The translations under genes and the position numbers were made by a program. From Lama glama (taxonomy: Eukaryota): a stretch of DNA of 64,000 nt. The stretch covers positions 19,966,001 to 20,030,000 of the forward strand of contig CM052832.1 of the NCBI GenBank assembly GCA_028534125.1, written 5' to 3'. The stretch's first letter is position 1, and each line of letters starts with the position of its first letter. Positions 1 to 11,495 of this stretch are shown here, piece after piece. Under the pieces are notes generated by a model, which was not told the origin of the DNA, did no database searches, and saw nothing but the letters and a program-made list of their open reading frames with translations.

Positions 1-1510
1 TTCATTACTTCTCTTAAAATAATGCTTGTCTTGTGTGTTTAATCAATGTTTTATGGAGAAGTACAAGGTGGTCATTGATATGTGGAAAATACGTGTTTTG
101 GAGCAAGTCCTGATGGAAAGATTAGAAGTAAAACTTTCATGCTCTCATTAAAGTCACTTGGGTGGAAAAGTACATTTTAAAACATCACTATCTCCTGGAT
201 GCTTTGGGTTTCTCAATTCACTTGGCATTACCACGTTACAACATCATGAATCTTGTCAGAAGAGCAGTGTTTGTAAGTGTCCAAGGAAGTATGAGTGAGA
301 TGCACACACACACACATTTTCTATAGTCTAAGAGTTCCTTTTTCATCTATGCCACTTTCAACCACTATTTTTTATTTTCTTTAGAGTAGTTGTGTTAGTT
401 TTTTATTGTATATGAATTGAGTTATGAAGATGTAATCGTGTATTTATAAGGATGATGTGAGTATAGCTGTATGTAAAAATCTTGGAAATAATTTCTTTGG
501 GAATGTGGTAGTTACAACATATTAAGCCTTTCAAATGCATTTGCTTTATTTTTAAAGATTTCCTGTTATATTAAATTCCTTAGGTAAGTTTGTAAAACCA
601 TTTATAATGAAATAAGTGCATTTTAGTGGTTGTTGATGGGTGGCAACAACCATTTAATTTAATGTAATAAGCTGTGCCTATTTAATCTTTTCTGTATCTA
701 TTTGATATCATTGATAACAATTCATTCTGGAAGTTCAGAAATAGAAATGAATCATTAGGGTAACGTGTCCTTTTCTGCTTTCTCTATGCCCAATACACAT
801 ACTTTGTCCACTCTTGGTTCAAGAACTTTAGTGTTGGTTCATCCATCATATTCTGTGGGAAAGTAGTCCATGCACTAATAGCTCTCAGGGTCTAGATAAT
901 TTCTTTTCTAATAATACTAGAAATTAGTAGTTAATGTATACAACAAAATATGTTGGTTGAAGTTTGGACAAAATAGTGTCTAGGGGAATAAATATAAAGT
1001 ACATTTTTGGATTTATAAGATATTTCTGAATACCTAAAAGAACTATGGCAGTATACTTTAAATTATTTCATTAACATGATGTCTTATTGAGAATTAGATC
1101 CTTAAACTCAATTTTATTGTATATATTTGCTTTTTTACTCAGAGTATCATATCTCCTATCAGTCACCTGGTGAGGTATAAGTTTAAAAGATCACATTAGG
1201 GACCCTGCATCATTCTGCCTTCTTACATCTCTCTTTACACATGTGGCACTTTTGGATAGAAATATTGGCTTTTTTTTCTATGTATTTATTTGTATTTGTC
1301 CTATCTTTGACATCAAACATTAATCACTACAAGGGTCACCCTCTCATGTTAAATAGCACAATTAGGAAAATTTTTCTTTCTCATACAAATGTAACTCACC
1401 TTAATAAAATCTAAATGGAAACAAGTACACTGAACCAAAAATAAATTTGGGACATTCAAGATGATTTATTGTCTTGCATGCTGCTTTGCATTCTTTTTGG
1501 AAAGCAATTG

Positions 1511-1730
1511 TACTGTAGGGTTAAAAAGTTCTACGTCTGCAGCTAGAGTCCTTAGGTTCAAGTCCACTCATGTGTCCTTTGGAAAGCTAAGTATTGTGTC
1601 CAAGTTTCCTTATCTATAAACGGGAGCAAAAATTTCTGGTAAATCATAGAGTTTTTAATAAGTATTATATGAGATATTGCACTTAGAACCCTTATTAGAG
1701 TATCTTGCTCATAGTTGGCATTCAATTATT
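1511..1730 (+). mobile_element. MIR SINE (decayed)
   Basis: MIR core-like motifs in order: GGTTCAAGTCC, TGTGTCCTTTGGAAAG, AGTTTCCTTATCTATAAA, and a tail GCACTTAGAAC...CATAGTTGGCATTCAAT. Confidence 0.7.
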
Positions 1731-1784
1731 TTTTTGAAAAATCAAGAAAGAATAATGAAATAATGAATTGTTAGTAATAGACAT

Positions 1785-1920
1785 GGAGGTGTCCCCTTCA
1801 AGGCAGGACTTCCTGGCCTCTGTAATTGTGGTCAGAAGTCTGCATTTGGCTGGCAGTATCTGCTGAGATTGCTTTACTGCAGAGAAATACCTCCTTCAAG
1901 ATCACACCCTTTGGGATGTT
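1785..1920 (+). mobile_element. ERVL LTR16-like fragment
   Basis: CCCCTTCAAGGCAGGAC...GCAGAGAAATACCTCCTTCAAGATCACACCCTT resembles the LTR16C internal motif; short and diverged. Confidence 0.4.
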
Positions 1921-2964
1921 ACTGTCTTGATTAGATGCATGGATTAACCAAGGACATGGAAAGGGTTGCAGAGCATCTTAGGGCATGTGAGTGTCCTACA
2001 TTATGATATGGTCATACTAGGCCGAGTGCTATGACATAGATTGCTGTAAAATTAAATCACTGAATAATTATTTATGAAAAGAAGGGGGAAACCCTATGTT
2101 ATCCATGGTCTTTGTTGGTCCTATCTTACATTTGTCATGTCTTCTGTGAATCAAAGTCACTTTTTGTTGATTAACGTTTGAAAAATACATCTATATACTG
2201 TGATGAACTGAGCTGAAAACAGTTTCTGGTTTCCCTGCCACTGATTTGCATTAGCAATTTTCAGCTGTTGTTCTAGACATGGCTTTTTAAATTGCTTTCA
2301 TATTGAATGACAGCATTAAGAAAAAGAGGCTAAAAAATCAAGAACCAAAATATTTGTGGTTCAATCTCAATCATGTAACCAATTTGTGTCTCCTTTTTCC
2401 TAGCCCTTGCATTCTAGAAGAGAATAGGTAAAAATATTGTTTTCTAAATCTCTAGATCAGTGTGTAATATGAATGAAGAAAAATTATTGTTGGCTACAAG
2501 CCTTCACTCATGCATTTAAATATACTGTTTGCTTTATTATAAGTGAATTTTGGGTCCAAGTCTATCAAAGTGATGTTCATAGAAAGTAGAGTTGTAGCAT
2601 ATCTAGAGTTTTATGAATATTGTTTCAATAGAACTAATGCCTATGGATTCTGTTCATTTTTCGGAGTGCATTCTCACTCTTTAATTTAAAATGCTAACTA
2701 AGAAGGAGCACAGTAATTCAGTTACCATGGATGAAATGTGTGTGTCTGGAATGAGCTTATTGGTAACTTAAGAGACAAAATTAAAAAAAAAAATGAGAGA
2801 CAAAATTGATCCAACTTTTAATCACCTAAGGCATTTCTTAGATGTGAAAACGTATTTCAGAAATACCTGCACATCTTCCAGTTTCAAACAGAAGCTGTGT
2901 GGTCAATGAGACTTCCTGCCCATCAAATGTTATTTACCTTACATCTTTAAAAACTTTAACTCTG

Positions 2965-3880
2965 ACCAAGATAGCAACATAGGTCATTCTTGACTTTGCT
3001 ACCCCTCACAAGAAGAACAACTAACAACTATTTAAGAATAAGATACCACTGAGAGAATCCTAGAGCATGGGGGTGAGGCTGAAGCAACCCCCTGCAGGGC
3101 AGAGACCACAGCAGGCTGCATTAGAGGGTAAGAGAAGCAGCTGCATGTTGACCACACTGCCCCTCCTCCAGCCCAGTTCAGCATCACATGGAGGGCTCCG
3201 CCAAAACTCCAGTTCCTCCAGTGGGGGTTGTGCCCCCTGTGGGGACAGCCAGCTCCCCCACCATCATTGTGGGTTTTTTGTGAGAGCCCCTACTACGATC
3301 TCATCCCACAAGAATTTCAGGGAGATTTGTGGGGTTCAATCACTGGGAATCTGACTGTGAAAGAGAAGAGAGTAGGGGCTTGCAACCACCTGCACACGGT
3401 CTTGGCAGACTGAGTTCCTATCTGCAGTGCCCAAGTAGTAATCCCAACCAGTGGCTTTTCTCATCTACAGAACCAAATTTGTTGTGTGCTTTGACCAGGG
3501 AATTCCGCAGGGTGCAGATCTGCCTAAATTGGACCCTCAGAGAAGGAGTTTTGCCAGTCCTAGAGCTTGGTTTGCTCACGCCCAGGCAAAGAGCTGAGTC
3601 ACAGCCCTGACCACTGTGGAAAGTGGCTAAAAACTTTCCAAATCTGTGAAAAGAAATGGACATCCAGATTCATGAGGCTCAAAGTATCCCAAATAGGGCT
3701 GTACTGAAACACATTATAATGAAATTGCCATAAGTTAAATACGAAGAAAGAATTTTAAAAGCATCAAGAGAAAAGAAAGAAGTTACATAAACAGAAATCC
3801 CTAAAATTATTGATGGAATTCTCAACACAAATGTTTCCGATTATTAAAGAATAGGATAACATATTTAAAATATTGAAAAA
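2965..3880 (+). mobile_element. Old L1 (L1M2/L1M3-like) 5' UTR joined to an ORF1 remnant
   Basis: Starts CCAAGATAGC (L1 5' CAAGATGGC motif) with a GC-richer UTR to about 3620. It then translates as AKNFPNL*KEMDIQIHEAQSIPNR...KHIIMKL...EERILKASREK, a stop-interrupted L1 ORF1p segment. Confidence 0.85.
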
Positions 3881-5344
3881 AGCCTCAAGCAATAAAGAAA
3901 AAAATTATTTTTGAAACTCAATTTAGAGAAAATTGGGGTATTAATTTCTTGAGGTATCATTGTCATAGTCATTGGAATTTTATATTCAATGTGCATTTAC
4001 TTCCCTTTATTTATTTATTTATGTGTCATTTATTATTTAATTAATTAGTTAATTTGTTTAATTTCTAAATTTCAAGCATTGCTCATCTGGATGGGTAACT
4101 CTAAAATTTCTGTATGTTAGAAGTGAAATACAGTAAATTCATATGCTAAACCTACTAGTATCATTTAGTTTAAAACTATAGGAATATGGATAAATTGGTA
4201 GAATTTCTACTGATTATGAAAGTATTCTTTGAAACAGATCCCTTCCTTTGTGATAGGTGGGAACCATAAATTAAGAATGTTCATAAATAATCAATGATGT
4301 CAAAACTTTCGACCTCAAAAATATTTTAAACTGCAAACCACAAATAGATTTGAAAAACTTAATTTGCAAGCTGTTGGATTTTGCATGTGTTGGGAGGGGA
4401 GTTGGGAGAGGGAGTATGTGTGCGCATGCCTCTGGTAAGGAAAGAAAGATGAGTTAGTTGCTCAAGCTGAAAAACAAATATGCTCCTCCCTTCTGCATGG
4501 AGGGCTATGTTTGGGAACAATGAAAATCTGTCACAACCGGGAAAACTAAGTAAGTGCATTAACCTGCTAAAGATCCCTTCTTAGTCCTTGATCTATTTAA
4601 AACATCAAGCTTCATTTCCACCCACTCCAGCATTCTCGTAGGTGCAAATGGCAACAAATGTCACATTGCTTGAAGGTCCCTGGCGGTGTTTATTAGGAAG
4701 CTAGGAAAAAAAGATGCTGAAATGCATTTGTGAATCCAAATACATCATCTAATATCTGCCATAATTTATTTTTCGAGGAAAGCTGTAATTCACTTGTGAA
4801 ACACAGCATTGACTTTGTCCGTGACAAAATAAATATATCCCATAGTTAACCCACATACTTTGTGAACTTATTTCAGCAGATACTGAGACTTTGATCACGT
4901 CGTATGATGACAATGTCCACCTTTCAATTTTTATTGTTACTCTTATTGGGAAATAACATAATTTGGGCTATTTTTCTATATTAAGTAGATATAACCTTCA
5001 CAAATAGATCTCTGGGGTGGGGGAGGAAATGAAATGCTTAATTGGTGGTAGTTTCCCATGAAATTTGGGCTATTGAGTATAACTTTTATTAATACTTTCA
5101 CAAGTAAAAATGTTTGACTGTAGTCACAGTTCTGTAGCAATAGTCTCTAAACTGTAGTTAGCTTTATAATTACCTAGAAAACTTGTGGTTATTTTAGGCA
5201 TTCTAAAGATCTTAGATATTCTCCATTAGAAAATAAAGTGTTTTATGTTTCAGAGTAGAAGCAGTGTGGGCAATTACTGTATTTCACAAGAATGGGAACT
5301 TAGGAACACACTGTCTCTGGTGTTTGTAGACTCACCTAAATACA

Positions 5345-5530
5345 CTCATTTTTTTTCATTTGAAAACGTTCATTGATTGTGCTGCATGCTGCACAGGACA
5401 CAAAATTGTTCAGAAATAAATCAGTCTTTTCTCCAATGTGTAAACAATCTAGAAGGAGAGGAAAATAACGAAAACAAAACACTATATTCCTATGCAAGGA
5501 AAACTGTCATAGGAGTGCTGCAGAAGCAGG
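5345..5530 (-). mobile_element. L2 3' end fragment
   Basis: Antisense L2 tail pattern TTCATT...CATTGATTGTGCTGCATGC...AAACAATCTAG. Confidence 0.45.
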
Positions 5531-5554
5531 TGCGGATTAGAGAGGGGTCCCGCT

Positions 5555-6468
5555 AACCTCCCCTCTGAGCCTTAGACTTTTCTGTACACCTGCAACTGTG
5601 ACATCACCATTTGATGTCTAACAGACGTCTCACTCTTACCATGTGGAAAACTGAGCCCCTGATATTTTTCAAACCTACTCCTTCTCTAGTCTTCAATTCA
5701 GTAAATATCAGCTTCACCCAGTACACAATATATGGAGTCATCTTAAGCTTCTTTCTTTTTCTCGTGTACCCCATCAATCCTTCAGCAATTCCTGTGGGCT
5801 CTACCTTATCCATTGCTAAGAGTTTATTCCAACTCTTCATCATCTTCCCCTTGAATGATTTCAACAGTCTCCTAACTAGTCTCTCACTTCCGCCATAGAT
5901 CCCCTTTATGTAAAGTATTTGCAATACAGCAGCCAGAGTGAAACTGTTAAAACGGGACTTTTAATGTCACTACTTGAAACCCTCTAATGGCTTCCCATTT
6001 TTCTCTGAGTAAAAAACCAATCTATTTATACACGAGGACCTATGAAATCCAGTTGCCTCTTTCTTCTGTGACCTCGTACCTTAATATTTTTCCCGTTTGA
6101 GCATTTGAGAGCAAACTCACATCCTTTCTGCTTCTCATACTCTAGAGATGTGCTCCTGACTCGGGGCTTCTTCTTGGAATGCTCTTCTGGTTAGCAGGTA
6201 TTTCCAAAATGCTTGTAAGACATTTGGTTCACACCAAAAGACATGTGGTCCTATCCAAAATGTTCATGAATGTGTCTGGTCCACGCCAAATGGTTCTGGA
6301 CAGGGCCAAATATCAAGGACCTTTTGGCATGAATGAAACATCTTATGAACATTTTAGACAGGACCAAACATCCTGCAAGTCTTCTCCCAAATATCTGCAT
6401 GGCTTTCTTTCCTTCAGATCTACATTTAACTGTCACTTTTTGGGAAGTGTTGCCTTAGCTGCCCTTTC
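5555..6468 (+). mobile_element. L2a LINE fragment, interrupted at 6189-6379
   Basis: L2 motifs GATGTCTAACAGACGTCTCA, AACAGTCTCCTAACTAGTCTC, CAGCAGCCAGAGTGA, AAACCCTCTAATGGCTTCCCATT and TGGAATGCTCTTC; resumes CCCAAATATCTGCATGGCT after 6380. Confidence 0.8.
6189..6379. mobile_element. Palindromic MITE-like insertion, family not assigned
   Basis: Inverted arms at 6247-6296 and 6317-6365; GCAGG and CCTGC near the two ends; flanked by TCTTCT direct repeats (6183-6188 and 6380-6385); splits an L2. Confidence 0.6.
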
Positions 6469-6635
6469 TATATTACTTAGGGTAAGCTAGCTACTGTAAT
6501 ACCTAGACCTAAACATGCATCCTGGCTCAAATATGGTTGAGATCTATTTCTCAGTCCATAATGGTCCAAGGCAGGTGATCCCAGGGGGAAGAACTCTTGG
6601 TTAATGGAGTACTTTTCTCCCTGTGGTGATTCAGT
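6469..6635 (-). mobile_element. Old MaLR LTR fragment (MLT1K/L-like)
   Basis: TATATTACTTAGGGTAAGCTAGCTACTGTAA...TATTTCTCA matches the antisense of an MLT1 3' end. Confidence 0.55.
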
Positions 6636-6671
6636 TTCCGTCCCTTCTTATGGGTCAACCATCCACTAGGT

Positions 6672-6876
6672 CAGGGGCCTGCCTGGTGGCCAAATCTGGG
6701 ACATAAATGTAATTTCTAATTTTGTATGGCCTCCTAGAAAAATTGTTGTTTATTTGTTTACATTTTAAGCAACTGTGGAAAAAACAAGAAGAATATGCAA
6801 ATGTATATGGCCTATGAAATCTAAAATATTTTATATCTAGCCCTTTATTTAAAAAAAGAAAATATGACAATCCTTG
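6672..6876. mobile_element. MER58B-like hAT-Charlie element
   Basis: CAGGGG...GGCCAAATCTGG...TTTTGTATGGCC...TATGGCCTATGAAATCTAAAATATTTTATATCTAGCCCTTTA. Confidence 0.75.
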
Positions 6877-6894
6877 GTCGAATCTAGGTGGTAG

Positions 6895-7062
6895 GTTAGA
6901 GCCAGATTAAATGTAGTCATCTAAAAGTTTAAAGTAGCATTTTTTTTCTATTTCTTTAGTAAACCCTTTAAAAATTAAAAGGAAAAAAACCCCTAGTCTG
7001 TGAGCCATTAAAAGAAGGTGGAGGGCTGGATTTGACCCAAATCCATAGTTTGTTGATGCCTG
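6895..7062. mobile_element. MER58-family hAT-Charlie fragment
   Basis: End GGTGGAGGGCTGGATTTGACCCAAATCCATAGTTTGTTGATGCCTG matches the MER58 terminus. Confidence 0.6.
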
Positions 7063-8016
7063 CTCTTGGTCATTCACTCACATTGGGGATAAAGTCATTT
7101 TCTAGACTACAATCTCAACAGACAGTGAATTTTTTTTTTCATTAGCAAGTATAAAAACTATCAGCTCAATACCTTCCTCTTATGTTAAAATAGTGAGGTT
7201 TGCTTAGCTAAGGGGAAGTGGAGAAGAGGTAATTATTCTTCCGTGTATTTCTGTTGCTCTGACTTCACTGCTATCCAGCCACAGTCCAGTGGCCAGTGGA
7301 ACAGGAGAATTGTAGTACTTGGAGGTCTTAAGCAGGTCTTAGTGATCATTTTCACTCGAACTAAAGTTTTACTTTAATAGCCTACAGGGGTAGCTATAGG
7401 GAAAATAATTATTGTACAAGTCAGGATAATGAACTTGGTTAAAAGGGGACTTTTCCTGGTATGTCCTGATAAAGCTTAAAGCATAAAGCACCTGTCACTT
7501 TAAATATATGTCTTTCTATTGTGGTCTCTGTATTCATGCCAGCAACATTCACTGTGAATTGTAACATTTCCCTACATGTATGACTAAGATGATAAAAATA
7601 ACAACCTCGTGCTAATAGAATTTATTTACTTTGTGTTGAATTTCAGGCATACTAGCACACAGTGAAGATACAAAATTGTAACAAGCCAAATCAGTGATGG
7701 CCATTGTTTTGAACACAGGAGAAATAACATTTTCCTGAGGGTTGGGGAAAAAAAAATGTGTAGACAAAAAGACATGGAAATTGCACTTGCCAAAATAAGT
7801 CATGAGGTGAAATTTCCCTTTGTTCTCCTGTAAATTGAGTTAATATCAGGTGATATTTAACTTAACAATGAGGACACTGGAAAAGAATTGGCCACACAGT
7901 ATTAGGTCAGTTCATACCGGTCTGCCTTTCCATTTTACTATATCGTACAAAATGGAGATAGTTGGAATATCTGGGATTATAATGTAGTTAAATCAGTGCA
8001 GGTAGCAAGTTTTCAG

Positions 8017-8140
8017 TTCAATTCAACACTCATTTGTTGAGGGCCTTCTATGTGCCAGGCATGTTTCTAGCGAATATGGATTTAATAAATATGTTACAAC
8101 CCCTGCAATTAGGTACCTACAGTTTATTGGAGAGGACAGT
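8017..8140 (-). mobile_element. L2 3' end
   Basis: TTCAATTCAACACTCATTTGTTGAGGGCCTTCTATGTGCCAGGCATGTTTCTAG. Confidence 0.75.
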
Positions 8141-8259
8141 ACCCAGGAAGCCCATTGTGATGCTATGTGCTTGTCTCTGCAAATAAAGCCATCATCATGG
8201 AAGATCCCTTAGGTGGTATTAGCCTGGGAATCAGCTACTGTGGGTTCAAGCTTCCAATC

Positions 8260-8355
8260 TGCTCTGGTGGCCCTAGGCAAGATATGATGGTTGCTCTGGT
8301 GGCCTTGGGAAAGGTATGATGGTTGCTTTGGTGGCCCTCAGCAAAGTATGACGGA
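8260..8355. repeat. Tandem repeat, 3 x 32 bp
   Basis: TGCTCTGGTGGCCCTAGGCAAGATATGATGGT / TGCTCTGGTGGCCTTGGGAAAGGTATGATGGT / TGCTTTGGTGGCCCTCAGCAAAGTATGACGGA. Confidence 0.95.
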
Positions 8356-8464
8356 CTTTCTCTGCTGTATCTTCATCTATAATATTGGGGGGAAAGCACC
8401 TATCTTATAGGTGAGAGAATAAATAGGTAATAGATGTATAATAAATAGATTACTAGGCAGATGA

Positions 8465-8476
8465 TAGGTAGGTAGG

Positions 8477-8508
<32 letters not shown>
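8465..8508. repeat. Compound (TAGG)n(TAGA)n(CAGA)n microsatellite
   Basis: Directly visible. Confidence 0.95.
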
Positions 8509-9598
8509 TCGATCTTCTATGTGATAACATTTGGCATAGGGAGCACGCTGTAAAGAAGTGTTTCTTCTTTCCTTCACCTAATCTACAGCGGGGTTAACCT
8601 AAAATACTTCAACATATCAAAGAAAAGATTAAAAATACTCAGTAATATTTTCCCACAGATAGTATAGCTGTTTGTTTTTAACACTATTCCATGTTTTTAT
8701 AGCTACTTCATAAATTTCAAGACTATCTCATTTTTGGTTCTACGTGCTTTCACCAACTTACCTTGTTTGACATTTCAGTAACCAGAAGGGCCCCCACATT
8801 TGTGAATTAAAGACAGTTTGCCCACATTAGATTCCAATATTATTAGTCACAGGCTCATGAAATGTAATAAAAAAACACATTTTGTTTTATTGTTTCATAG
8901 GAAACCTGTATCTTGAGTTCATTTATTAAAGTAATGGGAGTGTGATTATTTTCTGTCTCATCCTTTGGCTATTGGGTTTTTTTTTTTAATTCTTTGGTTG
9001 ATTATGTATTTGTACAGATTTAACATCTGCAAAATACCTTTTAATCAATTATTGGCTATTCATAGTACAATAATTAGCATATGTGTGAAAATACATGGTT
9101 TGAACAACTGCTTGTTAAAATTCTGGCAAATATGGATCTTTTGTTTATTTGAAATGTCAAGGGGTTCTTGCAATGTATATCTTATTATAAATGTTTTAAT
9201 TTCTATTACAGGTGTGTTTTATTATACAATATTAGAATACTTGGAAATGAATGCATTATGCAATCCCACATGACTTGAATTAGCAGAAGCCTTCTAGTAG
9301 CTTGTGTAAATGTTTTCTCCCAGCTGTGTGTTTTACTGTTGCAGGACTAGATGTGAGAATATACTTCACAATTATCATGAATTCAAAAGGGAAATATGAG
9401 TTGCATCTGAGTGCAAAAATAAATATAAAAGAATTTTTTAAAAACTTGTTTTATCCCATCCTTTAGACAAGTATATGCCTAAACCACCCAACAAGATAAT
9501 TTTCTTCCTCTCATGGTTATTTTATTTTCCTCTGCACAGTTTTAGTAAGTCTTCAATGCAATTATCCAGCATATCCTGGCTATAAAAGAGGCTTCATG

Positions 9599-9622
9599 GT
9601 GTGTGTGTGTGTGTGTGTGTGT
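9599..9622. repeat. (GT)n microsatellite
   Basis: Directly visible. Confidence 0.95.
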
Positions 9623-11319
9623 TTCTATCGAATTACTCTCTTGAATAGAGTAAGACTGCTAAAACTTTCTCAAGGCTTGAGTTTTATAGGAGGAGAAAAA
9701 ACAGAAGAATGTAACCATCTTGAAATGGGAAAGGAATGCTTGAATCCTTGTGTGCTTAGAAAGGAAAGAGCAGTTATTTCTAGCTGGAGAAGTCAGTAGC
9801 ACGGCCCTAAATAATGCACCGCTGGAACCACATGACTAGGAATTTGTGTTTAATCTTTGGGATAATTAGTGGCTGTAAGAGCTTCTCCCATAAAGGTTGA
9901 AAGGGCAGATAGTTCTGCAGCATCTTCACTGTTTTTGATGCCTATAAGCCAGATAGCAAAAGGAGAATTGAATAAAGGAAATCAGGGAAAAAATATGAAG
10001 GTTTTGCTAAAAAAGAAAGTGTCAGAAATTAGCAAGACAGCATCTCCTACATTGTGGAGAATGGAAAGTGGTGTTCCTGATAGAGGAGAAAATTGGGGAA
10101 AACAAATGGACCGGGCTGAAAGCTTCCTACTGAATTGCTATCAGTGATGCAGATTCCGGAGATCATTTGTATGGGGATATAGTTTCTCAATTTTTACCAA
10201 TGAAGCCAACATACTAGTTTGAAATCTGATTAGTGCTACTGGAAAAGGTAAACTTAGGATGCTGTGTTAACACACAGAAAAGCATCTTAGCAAGCTGAAG
10301 CTGTCAGTGAAGGTTTCCAGGAAGAGGCAAAGCCAGGACTGAGTAATGAAGGAAAAATGGGTGGAGAGGGAGGAGAAAGGAGGGGAGGGGGAGGGGCATA
10401 GGGGGAGGAGCATGCAGGAGACAGTAAGATGTCTCAGAGGAAATTTCAGCAAGTCAATTTCATGCAGCTCCATCCTGAATCCTTTTATAATAGAGGAGCA
10501 GAGGTAGAAAGAATGGAAAGGGTAGAGGGATGGAGGAAGAAATAGAAATTAAATCAAAGTAGTAAGCAAATGCTTAGCAGACTATATTAGTTCTTTTCCA
10601 CTGAATGAATGGTAAATTGAATGTTTTCATACAAAAAATTATCATCACTTTCAGCACACCATTACTTTAAATTATTTTTTTAAATATCAGAATATTCAGC
10701 ATTTCTCAGTCATCAGTAGGATGATTTTTGAGTGCCTGACTCTGAATTTACCCATCAGGAGATAGAGATAACAAAATTATTTTTATGCCTTTAAAGAGAA
10801 GCCTGTAGTCTAGTTTCATGAGGAATCACTACTTTAACTGGATATATTTTTTAATGTATTTCCTCTTTTTAAAAACATTACTAACACAATTCTTTCCAGT
10901 CCCCTGCCTCACTAGCAACAACTTACAGAATGATGCAACAGAATTCAGCAGTAAAGAACTAGAATATTTTCAAAGCACCAGAGAATTTTCCAGACTTCTG
11001 TCAGCCATAGCAGATGGCAACCCAACGATTCTGGAAACATAAGATTTTGGAAATGTGGTTCCTAGGTGATGGTGCTTACAAGGGCTATGGATAATTTATA
11101 GATTTTTTTCACTGTACATTTCTGTGGCAAGATCAGAGCCTATCTATTCCAATTCGTTCAGGTCAGAAAAAAACGTCAGTTAGCCCCTGTAATGAAGCTG
11201 TGTTGGTAGAACCCCTGTCGGCACCTTTCTCCCAGAGAGAGTGGGGGTGGCTTTCCTACAAAAGATGGGGTCCAGTCCTTTTCTACTCCTGAGATAAGGT
11301 TTTTGATTTGTAAATGTAA

Positions 11320-11495
11320 AATGATTGAAAGGGGTATTACAGATTATCTAATACAAACTCCTAATTTCATAAGAAGAGAAATAGAGATGTAGAAGTTTCA
11401 GTGATTTACTTAATATCACACAGTTCGTGACAGAGTTTAGATTATAACCTACATCTTCTGACACTTGAGAGAATGTTCTTTCTTACCATGCCCCA
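11320..11495 (-). mobile_element. MIR/MIR3 SINE
   Basis: AGATTATCTAATACAAACTCCTAATTTCATAAGAAGAGAAATAGAG...GTGATTTACTTAATATCACACAG...TCTTCTGAC...TGTTCTTTCTTACCATGCC. Confidence 0.7.

Larger units (their letters stand above)
8205..8570 (+). mobile_element. MIR SINE with an internal 3 x 32 bp tandem and a tetranucleotide expansion
   Basis: GGGTTCAAGC...GTGGCCTTGGGAAAG...TTTCTCTG...CTTCATCTATAA...CACCTATCTTATAGG; tail TTTGGCATAGGGAGCACGC. Confidence 0.65.

Noticed and set aside
1..720. U-rich stretch as a possible plus-strand 3' UTR
   Set aside because: No upstream exon in view and no clear canonical poly(A) site; composition alone is not enough.
3067..3663. Cluster of short ORFs
   Set aside because: They lie within a GC-richer L1 5' UTR remnant.
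8260..8355. 32-bp repeats as a possible CRISPR array
   Set aside because: The units are contiguous with no spacers, they lie inside a MIR, there are no cas genes, and the DNA is mammalian.
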